Source: Candidatus Marinacidobacterales bacterium
Lineage (GTDB): Bacteria > Acidobacteriota > Vicinamibacteria > Marinacidobacterales > DATDRI01
Assembly (NCBI GenBank): GCA_965226495.1
Contig: OZ245365.1
Coordinates: 64,001-128,000 of the forward strand
Reading direction: 5' to 3'
DNA: 64,000 bases
The notes below the pieces were generated by a model. It searched no databases and was not told the origin of the DNA. It saw only the letters and a program-made list of their open reading frames with translations. A program made the position numbers and the translations under genes. Shown in pieces: positions 9,098 through 18,463 of this stretch (its first letter is position 1; each line of letters opens with the position of its first letter).

Positions 9098-10159
9098 CTA
9101 CACGTTGAAGCGAAAGATGACCACATCGCCGTCCGCTAGCGGATAGCCTTTGCCTTCCAATCGAAGGAGCCCTTTGTCCCGGCACGCGTTCCAAGTGCCC
9201 TCTTCCCTGAGTGCTTCATAGTGTACGACCTCGGCCCGTATGAAGCCGCGCTCCATGTCGCTATGGATGGTGCCGGCCGCAGCCGCCGCGGCTGTGCCGC
9301 GGCCAATGATCCACGCTCGCGACTCCTTTTCACCGGTCGTGTAAAAGGTGATCATTCCCAAAAGTTCGAAGGCCGCCGATACGATTCGCTCGATCGTATC
9401 CTCGGCTAATCCAAGGGTCTCGCGGAAAGCTTGCGCATCCTCGGGAGAGAGCTCGGCCATCTCCGCCTCTATTTTCGCCGAAGCGTAGGCTAAGCAGACC
9501 TCGGGAGCTTCCATCCAGCGATTGAGCCCCAGTTTTTCCGGCAACTCGTCCCGCGCCACCGCGTCGTCCTCGCCGATGTTCAAGAGCAGCAGCAGAGGTT
9601 TTGTGGTGAGCAACGCATAGCCACGTAATCGAGTTTGATCCTCTTCGGAAAGAACACCCCGTAACGGAGTGCCATCGGCCAGACTTTCCCTCGCGCGCTC
9701 GAGGGCTTCCTGCTCCCGCCGATCGACGTTCTTCCCTTTCCCAGAATCTGATTGCAGTCGTTCTAGTCTCTTCTCCACCAGTGCCAAATCGGCTAGCGTG
9801 AGCTCGAGCTCCACCATTTCGATATCGCGAGCCGGGTCGACCGAACCGTCGGGGTGAGCCACCGACGGGTCTGCGAAGGCGCGAGCGACGTGAACCAGAA
9901 CATCGACCGAGCGGAGCGCGGGTAGGTCCAGCTTCTCCTGTGATTCGCCTTTTACCAAACCAGGAACCAATACGAACTGGATCGTCGATGGCGTGATCTT
10001 CCGAGAGGCATGGAGCCGGTTCAGCTCATCGAGCCGCTCATCGGGGATCCTGAGAACCCCGAGCTGGGCCTCCCGACCCGACCCGGCCGCAACCTGCGTG
10101 AGGAGGGAGAAGATCGTTCGGCGGCCGGAGCCCGCAAGACCGAGAATACCTGCTTTCAT
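9098..10159 (-). CDS. ychF: YchF/Obg-like ATPase with atypical Walker motifs
   Basis: PDERLD, GLVKG, DP.RDI.VELEL..ADL, AGTIHSDMERGFIRAEV, LRLEGK.Y...DGDV..FRFNV. Confidence 0.85.
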   Translation of the reverse strand: MKAGILGLAGSGRRTIFSLLTQVAAGSGREAQLGVLRIPDERLDELNRLHASRKITPSTIQFVLVPGLVKGESQEKLDLPALRSVDVLVHVARAFADPSVAHPDGSVDPARDIEMVELELTLADLALVEKRLERLQSDSGKGKNVDRREQEALERARESLADGTPLRGVLSEEDQTRLRGYALLTTKPLLLLLNIGEDDAVARDELPEKLGLNRWMEAPEVCLAYASAKIEAEMAELSPEDAQAFRETLGLAEDTIERIVSAAFELLGMITFYTTGEKESRAWIIGRGTAAAAAAGTIHSDMERGFIRAEVVHYEALREEGTWNACRDKGLLRLEGKGYPLADGDVVIFRFNV

Positions 10160-10233
10160 AGGGGTGAATCTTACTACAGAGCCAGCATCGATGGCTTAAG
10201 GGCCAGCCTCCTCGGTCGCGGGCATCCATCCAT

Positions 10234-10257
10234 CGTTTGGGGCCCCACCCCCAAACG
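10234..10257. repeat. REP-like palindrome, family A
   Basis: cgtttggggccccacccccaaacg hairpin; reverse complement of the copies at 15827 and 19904. Confidence 0.75.
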
Positions 10258-10377
10258 GCGCGCTTCGTCGGCAGGCGACTGCGCGCGGGCTGAGGGCTCT
10301 CGCCCGTTCTCGCACCCCCTGGGAAATTCTGTCGTAGGGAATTCCCCCTATCGCCGTAACTCATTGTTAATTAAAGC

Positions 10378-10406
10378 TTGACACAAGGACGTACGTATCT
10401 TAGGAT
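10378..10406 (+). promoter_or_regulatory. sigma70 promoter of the dcw cluster
   Basis: TTGACA-17 nt-TAGGAT upstream of mraZ. Confidence 0.75.
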
Positions 10407-10410
10407 TTTA

Positions 10411-10435
10411 AGTGGAGTAAAGTGGAATAAAGTGG
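10411..10435 (+). promoter_or_regulatory. MraZ binding boxes
   Basis: AGTGG three times at 10-bp periodicity (agtggagtaa agtggaataa agtgg) over the predicted start site, as in known MraZ operators. Confidence 0.85.
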
Positions 10436-10509
10436 TCTAGGAGTCTTCTATCTAGTCAGGATTGTACCCGATCCTTGGCTGAATTTGATCTCGGTATTGG
10501 GAGGTCTCG

Positions 10510-10950
10510 GTGCTCCGGGGAAATCATCCTGCTCGTGTCGATGACAAGGGCCGGATAAAGGTACCCAACGGGTTCCTTCAGCTTCTGGAGGCGAACTTCG
10601 GGGTGGAGGTGTTCATCACCAGCCTGAGTGGCGACAACGTGCGCGTGTATCCCATGGAAGTGTGGCTAGAACTGGAGCGAAAGCTGGAAGCGATACCCGG
10701 TTTACATCCTTCGAAGGCTCGCTTTCTCGATCGCGTGCATTTCTTCGGACAGGCGACGTCACGGGACAAGCAAGGAAGGCTGCTGATCCCAGCTTTGTTG
10801 CGGGAGATGGCCGACATGAAAGGCCCGGTCGACGTGCTGGGCAAGTACGACTTCCTCGAGATTTGGAACCACGAGCGGTTCTTGGAAAAACTGAAGAGCG
10901 ACCCGCTAACGGAAGACGACGGGCATCGACTGGCGGAGTTCGGAATCTAG
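10510..10950 (+). CDS. mraZ: Division/cell wall cluster repressor MraZ
   Basis: Duplicated DDKGRIKVP / DKQGRLLIP AbrB-like motifs; first gene of the dcw cluster. Confidence 0.95.
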   Translation: MLRGNHPARVDDKGRIKVPNGFLQLLEANFGVEVFITSLSGDNVRVYPMEVWLELERKLEAIPGLHPSKARFLDRVHFFGQATSRDKQGRLLIPALLREMADMKGPVDVLGKYDFLEIWNHERFLEKLKSDPLTEDDGHRLAEFGI

Positions 10951-10977
10951 ATGCTGTTGGTGCAGGAGGAAAGGGAA

Positions 10978-11868
10978 GTGAAATCCTTGGAGTATCCGCA
11001 TCGACCGGTACTCGTGGATGAGGTTCTTGCGCACCTCGAGCCTCAGCCGGAAGGTGTCGTGGTCGACGCGACTCTTGGCGCCGGTGGCCACGCGGAAGCG
11101 ATCCTGAAATCGTCATCGCCGTCGGGCCGGCTGCTGGGACTGGATCGTGACGAAGGGGCCCTAGGCGTAGCGCGCGCGCGACTGCATCCGTTCGGCGATC
11201 GAGTTCGGTTACGTCAGGGTTCGTTCGTCGACCTACCCGAACATCTCGATCGGGAAGGCTTCACAAACGTAAATGGCATCGTAGCCGATCTCGGTCTTTC
11301 CAGTGCCCAGCTCGGTGATGGCGACCGTGGTTTTGCTTTCTCCTCGGACGGTCCGCTCGATATGAGGTTTGATCGGAGCGCGGGAGAAACCGCGGCCGAG
11401 CTCATCAGCCGGCTCGACGAGAAAGAGCTCGCCGATCTGATTTTCAATTTCGGAGAGGAACGGAAATCACGCGCCATCGCACGCCGCATCGTTCAGCGAC
11501 GACCGATCCTAGACACTGCCGAACTGCGTCGGGCAGTGCACTCCGTTCTCGGTCCGGCGCGTCGCGGCGGAATCGACCCGGCGACCCGCACTTTCCAGGC
11601 CCTGCGCATCGCTGTCAACAAAGAGTTAGACGCGCTCGATGCCTTCCTCGAGAGCGCGGCGGAGCGACTCGCACCGGGCGGCCGCTTGGTAATCATCTCC
11701 TACCATTCGCTCGAAGACCGAGCGGTGAAGTGGGCATTCAGAGAAAAGAGTGGCACGGAGAGCTTTAGCGTGTTGACCCGCAAACCTGTTCGTGCCGGCG
11801 AAGACGAGATTGCGGAGAACCGCCGGGCACGGAGTGCGAAGCTTCGAGCGCTCGAGAGAGCGTCTTGA
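10978..11868 (+). CDS. rsmH: 16S rRNA m4C1402 methyltransferase
   Basis: H.PVL..E, DATLGAGGH, DLGLSS.Q, PLDMR, ATRTFQALRI.VN.EL, ISYHSLEDR, RSAKLR. GTG 10978 has an AGGAGG site; ATG 10951 is an alternative start. Confidence 0.96.
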   Translation: MKSLEYPHRPVLVDEVLAHLEPQPEGVVVDATLGAGGHAEAILKSSSPSGRLLGLDRDEGALGVARARLHPFGDRVRLRQGSFVDLPEHLDREGFTNVNGIVADLGLSSAQLGDGDRGFAFSSDGPLDMRFDRSAGETAAELISRLDEKELADLIFNFGEERKSRAIARRIVQRRPILDTAELRRAVHSVLGPARRGGIDPATRTFQALRIAVNKELDALDAFLESAAERLAPGGRLVIISYHSLEDRAVKWAFREKSGTESFSVLTRKPVRAGEDEIAENRRARSAKLRALERAS

Positions 11869-11869
11869 C

Positions 11870-12244
11870 ATGACCAATCTTCGTTATCAAGTCAGCCGGC
11901 GGGTAGCCAACGAGCAGCTGGTGCGGCAGGTCGACCGGGAACGCAACAAGCAACTCGTGATGGTCACGATCACCGGACTTCTCTTGGCCGCCGCCGTCTT
12001 GGCGTACGGTTGGCAGCATTTCGAGATGATTCGAAGCGGCTACCGGATGGAAGAGCAAAAGCAGGAGCGGGAATACCTCGTCAAGATTCAGCGACAACTG
12101 GCCCTCGAAAGGGCATCGCTGGTCTCGCCGGATCGCATCGAGACGATCGCGACTCGCGAACTTGGGATGGTGCCGCCATCGGACGACCAGGTCGTGGTCA
12201 TCGAGCCTTACCGTGTCAGAGAAGACAGTACGCCCGAGGAGTAG
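11870..12244 (+). CDS. ftsL: Cell division protein FtsL
   Basis: Single TM helix, coiled coil, RIE.IA..ELGM..P motif; lies between rsmH and ftsI. Confidence 0.85.
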   Translation: MTNLRYQVSRRVANEQLVRQVDRERNKQLVMVTITGLLLAAAVLAYGWQHFEMIRSGYRMEEQKQEREYLVKIQRQLALERASLVSPDRIETIATRELGMVPPSDDQVVVIEPYRVREDSTPEE

Positions 12245-12246
12245 AA

Positions 12247-14250
12247 GTGGACCGTAACCGCAGTCTGGCTCGCGCTCGCTTCAGAGTAACGCTGCTCGCT
12301 CTTCTGAGCACGTTGTGGGTGAGTGGGCTCGTCGGCCGGTTGGCGTACTTGCAGATTTACGCGCGCCAGAGTCTTCAGGAGCGAGCCGAGCTTCAACAGC
12401 AACAGACGATGAAAATCGATCCGACCCGGGGAACGATCTACGACCGCAATGTACGGCAACTCGCGGTGAGCGTGGATGTGGAGTCGGTTTATGCGGTGCC
12501 ACGAGCGATCGAAGATCCGGATACTACTGCGAATCGACTGGGCACCTGCTTGAAAGTGGACGTTGGAGAGCTTTCCGCTCGTCTGGCGAGCGACAGGAGT
12601 TTCCTCTGGGTCAATCGAAAGGTGGACCCAGCCGCCGCCGACTGCGTTCGTAGCCTCGGTCTTTCGGGCGTGAACTTCCTTCCCGAGATCCGTCGCTTCT
12701 ACCCGAAGCGGCGTCTTGCGGCCCACGTTTTGGGTTACGTGGGAATGGATAACGAAGGCATGAGCGGGGTCGAGTACGCCTTTGAGAAAGAGATTCGAGG
12801 AGAGGACGGACGGCAAATCATTTGGAGCGATGCGCGAAACCGCCCCGCCGCGAGCCGTGTGGAAAAGCTCCCCCAGCCGGGTCGAAACATTTATCTAACC
12901 ATCGATGAAACGCTCCAATACGTGGCGGAGACCGAACTGGAAGCAGCGGTCGATGAGAGTGGGTCGAAGGGCGGCTTGGCTATTCTTTTGCGTCCTGAGA
13001 CCGGTGAAATCCTCGCCATGGCGGCCGTGCCAGGTTTCAATCCAAATCGCTACGGGGATTTTCATCCGAGCACTTGGCGTAATCGTTCGGTGACCGACGC
13101 CTATGAGCCCGGGTCTACCTTCAAGATCATCACCGCCGCCGCTGCCCTCGAAGAAGGGGTCGTGACCGAAGACGAACGGATCGACTGTGGGCGGGGAGTG
13201 CTCGAAGTCGGTGATCGCCTCATTCGCGACCATAAGGTGTTCGACGTTCTCACCTTCCGTGAGGTCATCGAGAAGTCGAGCAACGTCGGGATGATTCGGA
13301 TCGGGCAGCGCCTGGGACCGGAGCGATTCGAGGCGTACGTTCGAGCTTTCGGTTTCGGCGAAACGACTGGTGTGGGGCTTTCAGCGGAGAGCAGGGGAAT
13401 TCTTCGCGACGTCTCGGAGTGGTGGCCTGTCACACTCGCGGCCATCTCGTTCGGGCAGGAGATCGCGGTGACATCACTTCAGATGGTGACTGCGGTCAAC
13501 GCGATAGCGGCCTCCGGCTACTTGATGCGCCCCATTCTGGTCAAGGAGATCCGCTCGCCTCGTAACGAAGCCCTGACGACCACATCTCCTTCTCCGGTGC
13601 GCCGGGTTGTCAGCACGGAGACCGCGGCACGACTCAGCGACATCTTGGTGGGAGTGGTCGAGCGAGGCACGGGGACTCGCGCCGCCATTCCTGGCTACAC
13701 CGTGGCGGGCAAGACGGGAACTGCTCAGAAGGCCGCTCCGGAGGGAGGTTATTCGAAAACGGATTTTGTTGCCTCTTTTGTCGGGTTCGCTCCGGCTGGT
13801 GCTCCCGAGCTCACCGCGCTCGTTCTGCTGGACTCGCCAATCGGAGATCATACGGGAGGCCGCGCCGCGGGTGTTTTTGCGCGCATCGTAGAGAGAAGCC
13901 TTCGTTATTTGGGTGTTCCGCCGGACGTGCCGAGAGAGGATGGTGCCCGTTCGATCAAGTTGGCCTCGCGTTGGCCGCGCCAGGAACCACTGGACAGAGC
14001 AAACGATGCACTGGCGTCGTCCCGCCTGCCCGTGGCTCGGGCCGCATTCGGATCACGGATGTCGGCGAAGATACGGATGCCTTCCCTAGAGGGACTTCCG
14101 GCTCGCGACGCGGTGGCTCGTCTGATCTCCGCCAGTTTGTCTCCCGAACTCATGGGCTCAGGGTGGGTCATCGATCAGGATCCCGCAGCCGGATCGTCGG
14201 TGGATCCTGGCTCGCGGTGTTTGGTGTTCCTCGGAGGCCGTGACCAATGA
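12247..14250 (+). CDS. ftsI: Class B penicillin-binding protein with C-terminal PASTA domain
   Basis: RGTIYDRN, EPGSTFK (SxxK), SSN, KTGTAQK; GTG start at 12247 ahead of the TM anchor. Confidence 0.92.
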   Translation: MDRNRSLARARFRVTLLALLSTLWVSGLVGRLAYLQIYARQSLQERAELQQQQTMKIDPTRGTIYDRNVRQLAVSVDVESVYAVPRAIEDPDTTANRLGTCLKVDVGELSARLASDRSFLWVNRKVDPAAADCVRSLGLSGVNFLPEIRRFYPKRRLAAHVLGYVGMDNEGMSGVEYAFEKEIRGEDGRQIIWSDARNRPAASRVEKLPQPGRNIYLTIDETLQYVAETELEAAVDESGSKGGLAILLRPETGEILAMAAVPGFNPNRYGDFHPSTWRNRSVTDAYEPGSTFKIITAAAALEEGVVTEDERIDCGRGVLEVGDRLIRDHKVFDVLTFREVIEKSSNVGMIRIGQRLGPERFEAYVRAFGFGETTGVGLSAESRGILRDVSEWWPVTLAAISFGQEIAVTSLQMVTAVNAIAASGYLMRPILVKEIRSPRNEALTTTSPSPVRRVVSTETAARLSDILVGVVERGTGTRAAIPGYTVAGKTGTAQKAAPEGGYSKTDFVASFVGFAPAGAPELTALVLLDSPIGDHTGGRAAGVFARIVERSLRYLGVPPDVPREDGARSIKLASRWPRQEPLDRANDALASSRLPVARAAFGSRMSAKIRMPSLEGLPARDAVARLISASLSPELMGSGWVIDQDPAAGSSVDPGSRCLVFLGGRDQ

Positions 14251-15731
14251 CACTGGGAGATCTTCTGTCGAGCATCCCTGTCGAGGAGGTGCGAGGCACC
14301 GTTAAGCTCGAAGTCAAGGGTGTGACCGTCGACTCTCGGGCCGTCGAGTCGGGTTTTGTCTTCGTTGCGATCGCTGGCCAGATGACCGATGGCCATCGCT
14401 ACATCGGTGACGCGATCAAGCGAGGCGCCATCGCGGTGGTCAGTGAAAACGATCCGGGGCAGGGCGGACTCGTCTGGGTGCGCACTCCCGACGCCCGCCG
14501 CGCGGCAGGATTGCTTGCGGCAAGTTTCCTCGGCCAACCGTCGCAGCAGTTGAGCCTGGTTGGCGTGACCGGCACGAACGGAAAGACCACGACTGCATTT
14601 TTGTTGGAGGCGGTCTTCCAGAGTTTGGCTCCGCCGTCGGCGATGATGGGAACGGTCGTACATAGGGTGGGCTCGACGAGCAAGCCAGCGCGACACACGA
14701 CTCCGGAATCTCCCGAGCTTCAGTCCTTCCTGAGAAACTCCGTTGAGAAGGGCTGCCGCTTTGGAGTCTTGGAAGTCTCCTCGCATGGACTGTCGCTCGG
14801 GCGTCTAGAAGGTACCGAGTTCGAGTGTGCGGTCTTCACGAACCTGAGCCGAGATCACCTCGACTTTCACCGCGACATGGAAGACTACTTTGCTGCCAAA
14901 CGAATACTCTTCGAGCGCCATCTTCGATCGGCAGGGACTGCGGTGGTAGGGCTTGATAATAGCTATGGCCGTCGGTTAGCCGAGTCTCTCGACCACCGTT
15001 CGACCCTCACTTACGGCTACGGCGTCGACGCCGATCTGCAGGTCGAAAGCGTAGAGGCTGACTTCGACGGGCTTCGTTTCCGATTCAACGACCGCGGTGT
15101 CGTGCGAGCGATCGAGAGCCGGTTAGTGGGCCGCCACAATGTGTTGAATCTCTTGGCCGCCTACGGGGCGGCTTCCGCATTAGGGCTCGACCCGACCGAT
15201 GTTTTGACGGCGCTCGCCCAAATCGAGGGTGTACCGGGGCGCTACGAGAAGATCGAAGCCGGGCAGGCTTTTCACGTCGTTGTGGACTATGCCCATACCG
15301 ATGACGCCTTGCGCAACATCTTGGAGACGACTCGGGCCCTGCCGCATTCCAAAGTCCTAACGGTCTTCGGGTGCGGCGGCGATCGTGATCGCTCGAAACG
15401 GCCGCTGATGGGAGCGGTTGCCGCCCGCCTCTCCGATCTTGTGGTGCTGACTTCGGACAACCCGAGAAGCGAAGACCCGGGTTCCATTATCCGAGAGATC
15501 GAGCTGGGGACGAAGGGAAGGCAGTGTCAAGCGGATGTCAGGGTGGAGCCCGATCGCCGCAAGGCCATAGCGCTCGCTCTCTCTTTGAGTGAGCCTGGCG
15601 ATGTGGTCTTAGTAGCGGGGAAGGGGCATGAACCCTATCAAGTCATTGGCGAACGCGTGATTCGGTTCGATGACCGAGAGGTGGTGCGGGAGATTTTGAC
15701 TCGGCGTATGCAACCGTTGAACAGCCATTAG
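14247..15731 (+). CDS. murE: UDP-MurNAc-tripeptide synthetase, meso-DAP type
   Basis: GTNGKTT, EVSSH, DYAHT, DNPR, GKGHE. Confidence 0.97.
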   Translation: MTLGDLLSSIPVEEVRGTVKLEVKGVTVDSRAVESGFVFVAIAGQMTDGHRYIGDAIKRGAIAVVSENDPGQGGLVWVRTPDARRAAGLLAASFLGQPSQQLSLVGVTGTNGKTTTAFLLEAVFQSLAPPSAMMGTVVHRVGSTSKPARHTTPESPELQSFLRNSVEKGCRFGVLEVSSHGLSLGRLEGTEFECAVFTNLSRDHLDFHRDMEDYFAAKRILFERHLRSAGTAVVGLDNSYGRRLAESLDHRSTLTYGYGVDADLQVESVEADFDGLRFRFNDRGVVRAIESRLVGRHNVLNLLAAYGAASALGLDPTDVLTALAQIEGVPGRYEKIEAGQAFHVVVDYAHTDDALRNILETTRALPHSKVLTVFGCGGDRDRSKRPLMGAVAARLSDLVVLTSDNPRSEDPGSIIREIELGTKGRQCQADVRVEPDRRKAIALALSLSEPGDVVLVAGKGHEPYQVIGERVIRFDDREVVREILTRRMQPLNSH

Positions 15732-15826
15732 GGACTATGGGCAACGTTAGTTCACACCGGTGGCCGGAACGTTGGCGCGGGGACAGCCCTGGGCCGATGC
15801 GTAGTCGCCTGCCGACGGAGCATCAA

Positions 15827-15850
15827 GCGTTGGGGGTGGGGCCCCAACGC
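15827..15850. repeat. REP-like palindrome, family A
   Basis: gcgttgggggtggggccccaacgc, with degenerate copies near 15772-15795 and 15917-15940 in the murE-murF spacer. Confidence 0.75.
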
Positions 15851-15958
15851 ACTGATCGAAAACCGAGGGCCAGGCGCGTGTCGGCCGCCAAAAAAGGTCG
15901 GTGCCACGAATCGACCGCGCCAGGCGGCGGGCCCCGCGCCACTCATTGAAAGAGCTTT

Positions 15959-17374
15959 TTGAATCTAACGGCGGGAGAGGTGGTTTCTTACTTGGGAGGA
16001 AAGCTCACGTCCGGTTCGGCAGAGACTCGAGTTGCGTCCGTCTCCATCGACTCGCGAACAGTCGAGCGAGGCGATCTGTTCTTCGCCATCGTGGGCCCGC
16101 GTTTCGATGGGCATCAGTTCGTCCCCCAAGCCCTAGAGAAGGGCGCGGTAGGAGCGGTGGTGTCGAAGCCACGGACAGTGGGTGAGAGAGACGAAACTGA
16201 AATTGAGATTTGCGTCGAGGATACGACCGTAGCACTCCAAGATTTGGCTAAGGCGGTGCGCCAGTCGGCGGGCGTCAAGGTGGTGGCCATCACCGGAAGC
16301 GTAGGCAAGACCACTACCAAGGAAGCAACCGCCGCCGCACTAGGAGCCAGATTTCGGGTGCTGAAATCGGCGGGGAATCTAAACAATTTGTACGGTCTTC
16401 CACTCTCGATTCTGAAGTTAGATGGAGAAGAAGTCGCAGTTTGGGAAATGGGAATGTCGGCGCCCGGCGAGATCGCACGCCTCACCGAGATCGCGAGGCC
16501 AGACGTGGGAGTGCTGCTGAACGTAGCAGAAGTTCACCGCGCGTTTTTTCCTTCTCTCGAAGCCATCGCGAAGGCGAAGGGAGAGCTTTTCGATGGCCTA
16601 GCCGGAGAGGCGGTGGCAGTTGTCAACGCCGACGATCCGTTGGTGCTCGAAGAAGCTCGCCGGTTCTCGGGGAGACAGGTTCGCTTCGGGATCGGAGAAA
16701 AAGCCGAGCTACGTGCCCGGAAGCTCGTTCGAACGTCGAACGGTATGCAGTTCATCGCTGAGCTCGAGGATTCCACCGGCGAACATCCTAAGGAACGAAC
16801 GAACGTGGTGGCCCCTCTTTTCGGGAGGCACAACGTCTATAACCTGCTCGCCGCCCTCGCCGCTTCCTGGACACTTGGATTGTCATTGGAAGAGGCGGCG
16901 GAGAAACTGCGGAATCTACAACCGGCAGCGCGGCGAGGTGAGCGTATCCACTTTGGAGGCGGTCCCCTCGTCATCGACGAGACTTACAACTCGAATCCCG
17001 CGGCAGTGAAGGCGGCGCTCGCTTCTTTGATGGAGGAAGGGGCTTCGCGACACATCGCGGTACTGGGGGATATGCTGGAGCTCGGGGATCGTGCCGAAGC
17101 GCTTCATGTCGACTGCGGCCGTTATGTCGCCGAACGCGGAGTGTCTCTCCTCATCGGTGTCGGTCCACTGGGGGCGACCCTCGTCGAAGGCGCGCGGCGC
17201 GCCGGAATGTCGAAGGACGCTCTTTTCACCGCTGCCGATGCGGTGGAAGCGGGCGAGCTTCTGGCCAAGCTGGTCTCTCCCGAAGACGCGGTCTTACTCA
17301 AAGCCTCGCGCGCAGTGACTCTCGAAGAGGCCATCACTGAACTTCGGAAGCGATATCCGGTGGAGTCGGCCTGA
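15959..17374 (+). CDS. murF: UDP-MurNAc-pentapeptide synthetase
   Basis: DSR, GSVGKTTTKE, EMGM, YNSNP, GDMLELG, KASR. Confidence 0.96.
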   Translation: MNLTAGEVVSYLGGKLTSGSAETRVASVSIDSRTVERGDLFFAIVGPRFDGHQFVPQALEKGAVGAVVSKPRTVGERDETEIEICVEDTTVALQDLAKAVRQSAGVKVVAITGSVGKTTTKEATAAALGARFRVLKSAGNLNNLYGLPLSILKLDGEEVAVWEMGMSAPGEIARLTEIARPDVGVLLNVAEVHRAFFPSLEAIAKAKGELFDGLAGEAVAVVNADDPLVLEEARRFSGRQVRFGIGEKAELRARKLVRTSNGMQFIAELEDSTGEHPKERTNVVAPLFGRHNVYNLLAALAASWTLGLSLEEAAEKLRNLQPAARRGERIHFGGGPLVIDETYNSNPAAVKAALASLMEEGASRHIAVLGDMLELGDRAEALHVDCGRYVAERGVSLLIGVGPLGATLVEGARRAGMSKDALFTAADAVEAGELLAKLVSPEDAVLLKASRAVTLEEAITELRKRYPVESA

Positions 17375-18459
17375 TGCTCTTTCATCTTCTCTATCCGCTT
17401 CACACCGAGTACAGCGCCTTCAACGTATTCCGTTACGTGACGTTCCGCACTGCGTGCGCCACGCTCACCGCGCTTCTCATCAGTCTCTTATTGGGGCCAT
17501 GGCTCATCAGACGATTGGGGGACTTCCAGATCGGTGAACGCATTCGAGAGGAAGGTCCGGAGCACCACCAGATTAAGGCCGGCACTCCCACCATGGGAGG
17601 TCTGTTGATTCTGTCCGCGATCGTGATTCCAACTTTTCTCTGGGCAGACCTCAGAAACACCTTCGTATGGATTGCCTTGGCGATGACCATCGGCTACGGC
17701 ACCATCGGCCTAGCCGACGACTTCCTAAAGCTGCACCGTAAACAATCGGGAGGGCTGGCCGGGCGATGGAAGCTGGTGCTTCAGATCGTCGTAGCCCTTG
17801 CCCTCGCGGGCTATCTGTTGCAGCTTTCGTATCGTGGCTCGTACAGCACGGAGTTGTTGTTTCCCTTCTTCAAGGACGTGAGGCCCGACCTATCGTGGGC
17901 CTTCGTGCCGTTCGCGGTTTTGGTACTGGTGGGGGCTTCTAACGCCGTTAACCTCACCGATGGTCTCGACGGGTTGGCGGTCGGTAGTGTTTTGATCGCG
18001 GCTGCCACCTACACCGTGTTGACCTACGTCACCGGTCACGCTCAATTCTCGACATACCTAGATTTGATTCATATCCCGCGGATTTGGGAGCTCACCATTT
18101 TCGGCGGAGCGATGGTCGGAGCCAGCCTCGGTTTTTTGTGGTTCAACTGTTACCCGGCGCAGGTGTTTATGGGTGACGTAGGCTCGCTGGCATTGGGTGG
18201 GGCGATCGGAACAGTAGCCCTGCTGATCAAGCAGGAACTATTGTTGATTCTTGTGGGTGGATTGTTCGTGGTGGAGGCGCTGTCGGTGATCATCCAGGTG
18301 ACGTCGTTTCAGTTGACTGGCAAGCGGGTATTTCGCATGGCGCCTTTACACCATCATTTCGAGCTCGTGGGTTGGAAGGAGCCGAAGATCATCATTCGGT
18401 TTTGGATCGTAGCCATCATTTTCGCGTTGGCCAGTCTCACGACTTTGAAGATTCGGTAG
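17374..18459 (+). CDS. mraY: Phospho-N-acetylmuramoyl-pentapeptide transferase
   Basis: KAGTPTMGG, NAVNLTDGLDGLA, FMGDVGS, APLHHHFE. Confidence 0.98.
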   Translation: MLFHLLYPLHTEYSAFNVFRYVTFRTACATLTALLISLLLGPWLIRRLGDFQIGERIREEGPEHHQIKAGTPTMGGLLILSAIVIPTFLWADLRNTFVWIALAMTIGYGTIGLADDFLKLHRKQSGGLAGRWKLVLQIVVALALAGYLLQLSYRGSYSTELLFPFFKDVRPDLSWAFVPFAVLVLVGASNAVNLTDGLDGLAVGSVLIAAATYTVLTYVTGHAQFSTYLDLIHIPRIWELTIFGGAMVGASLGFLWFNCYPAQVFMGDVGSLALGGAIGTVALLIKQELLLILVGGLFVVEALSVIIQVTSFQLTGKRVFRMAPLHHHFELVGWKEPKIIIRFWIVAIIFALASLTTLKIR

Positions 18460-18463
18460 ATGC

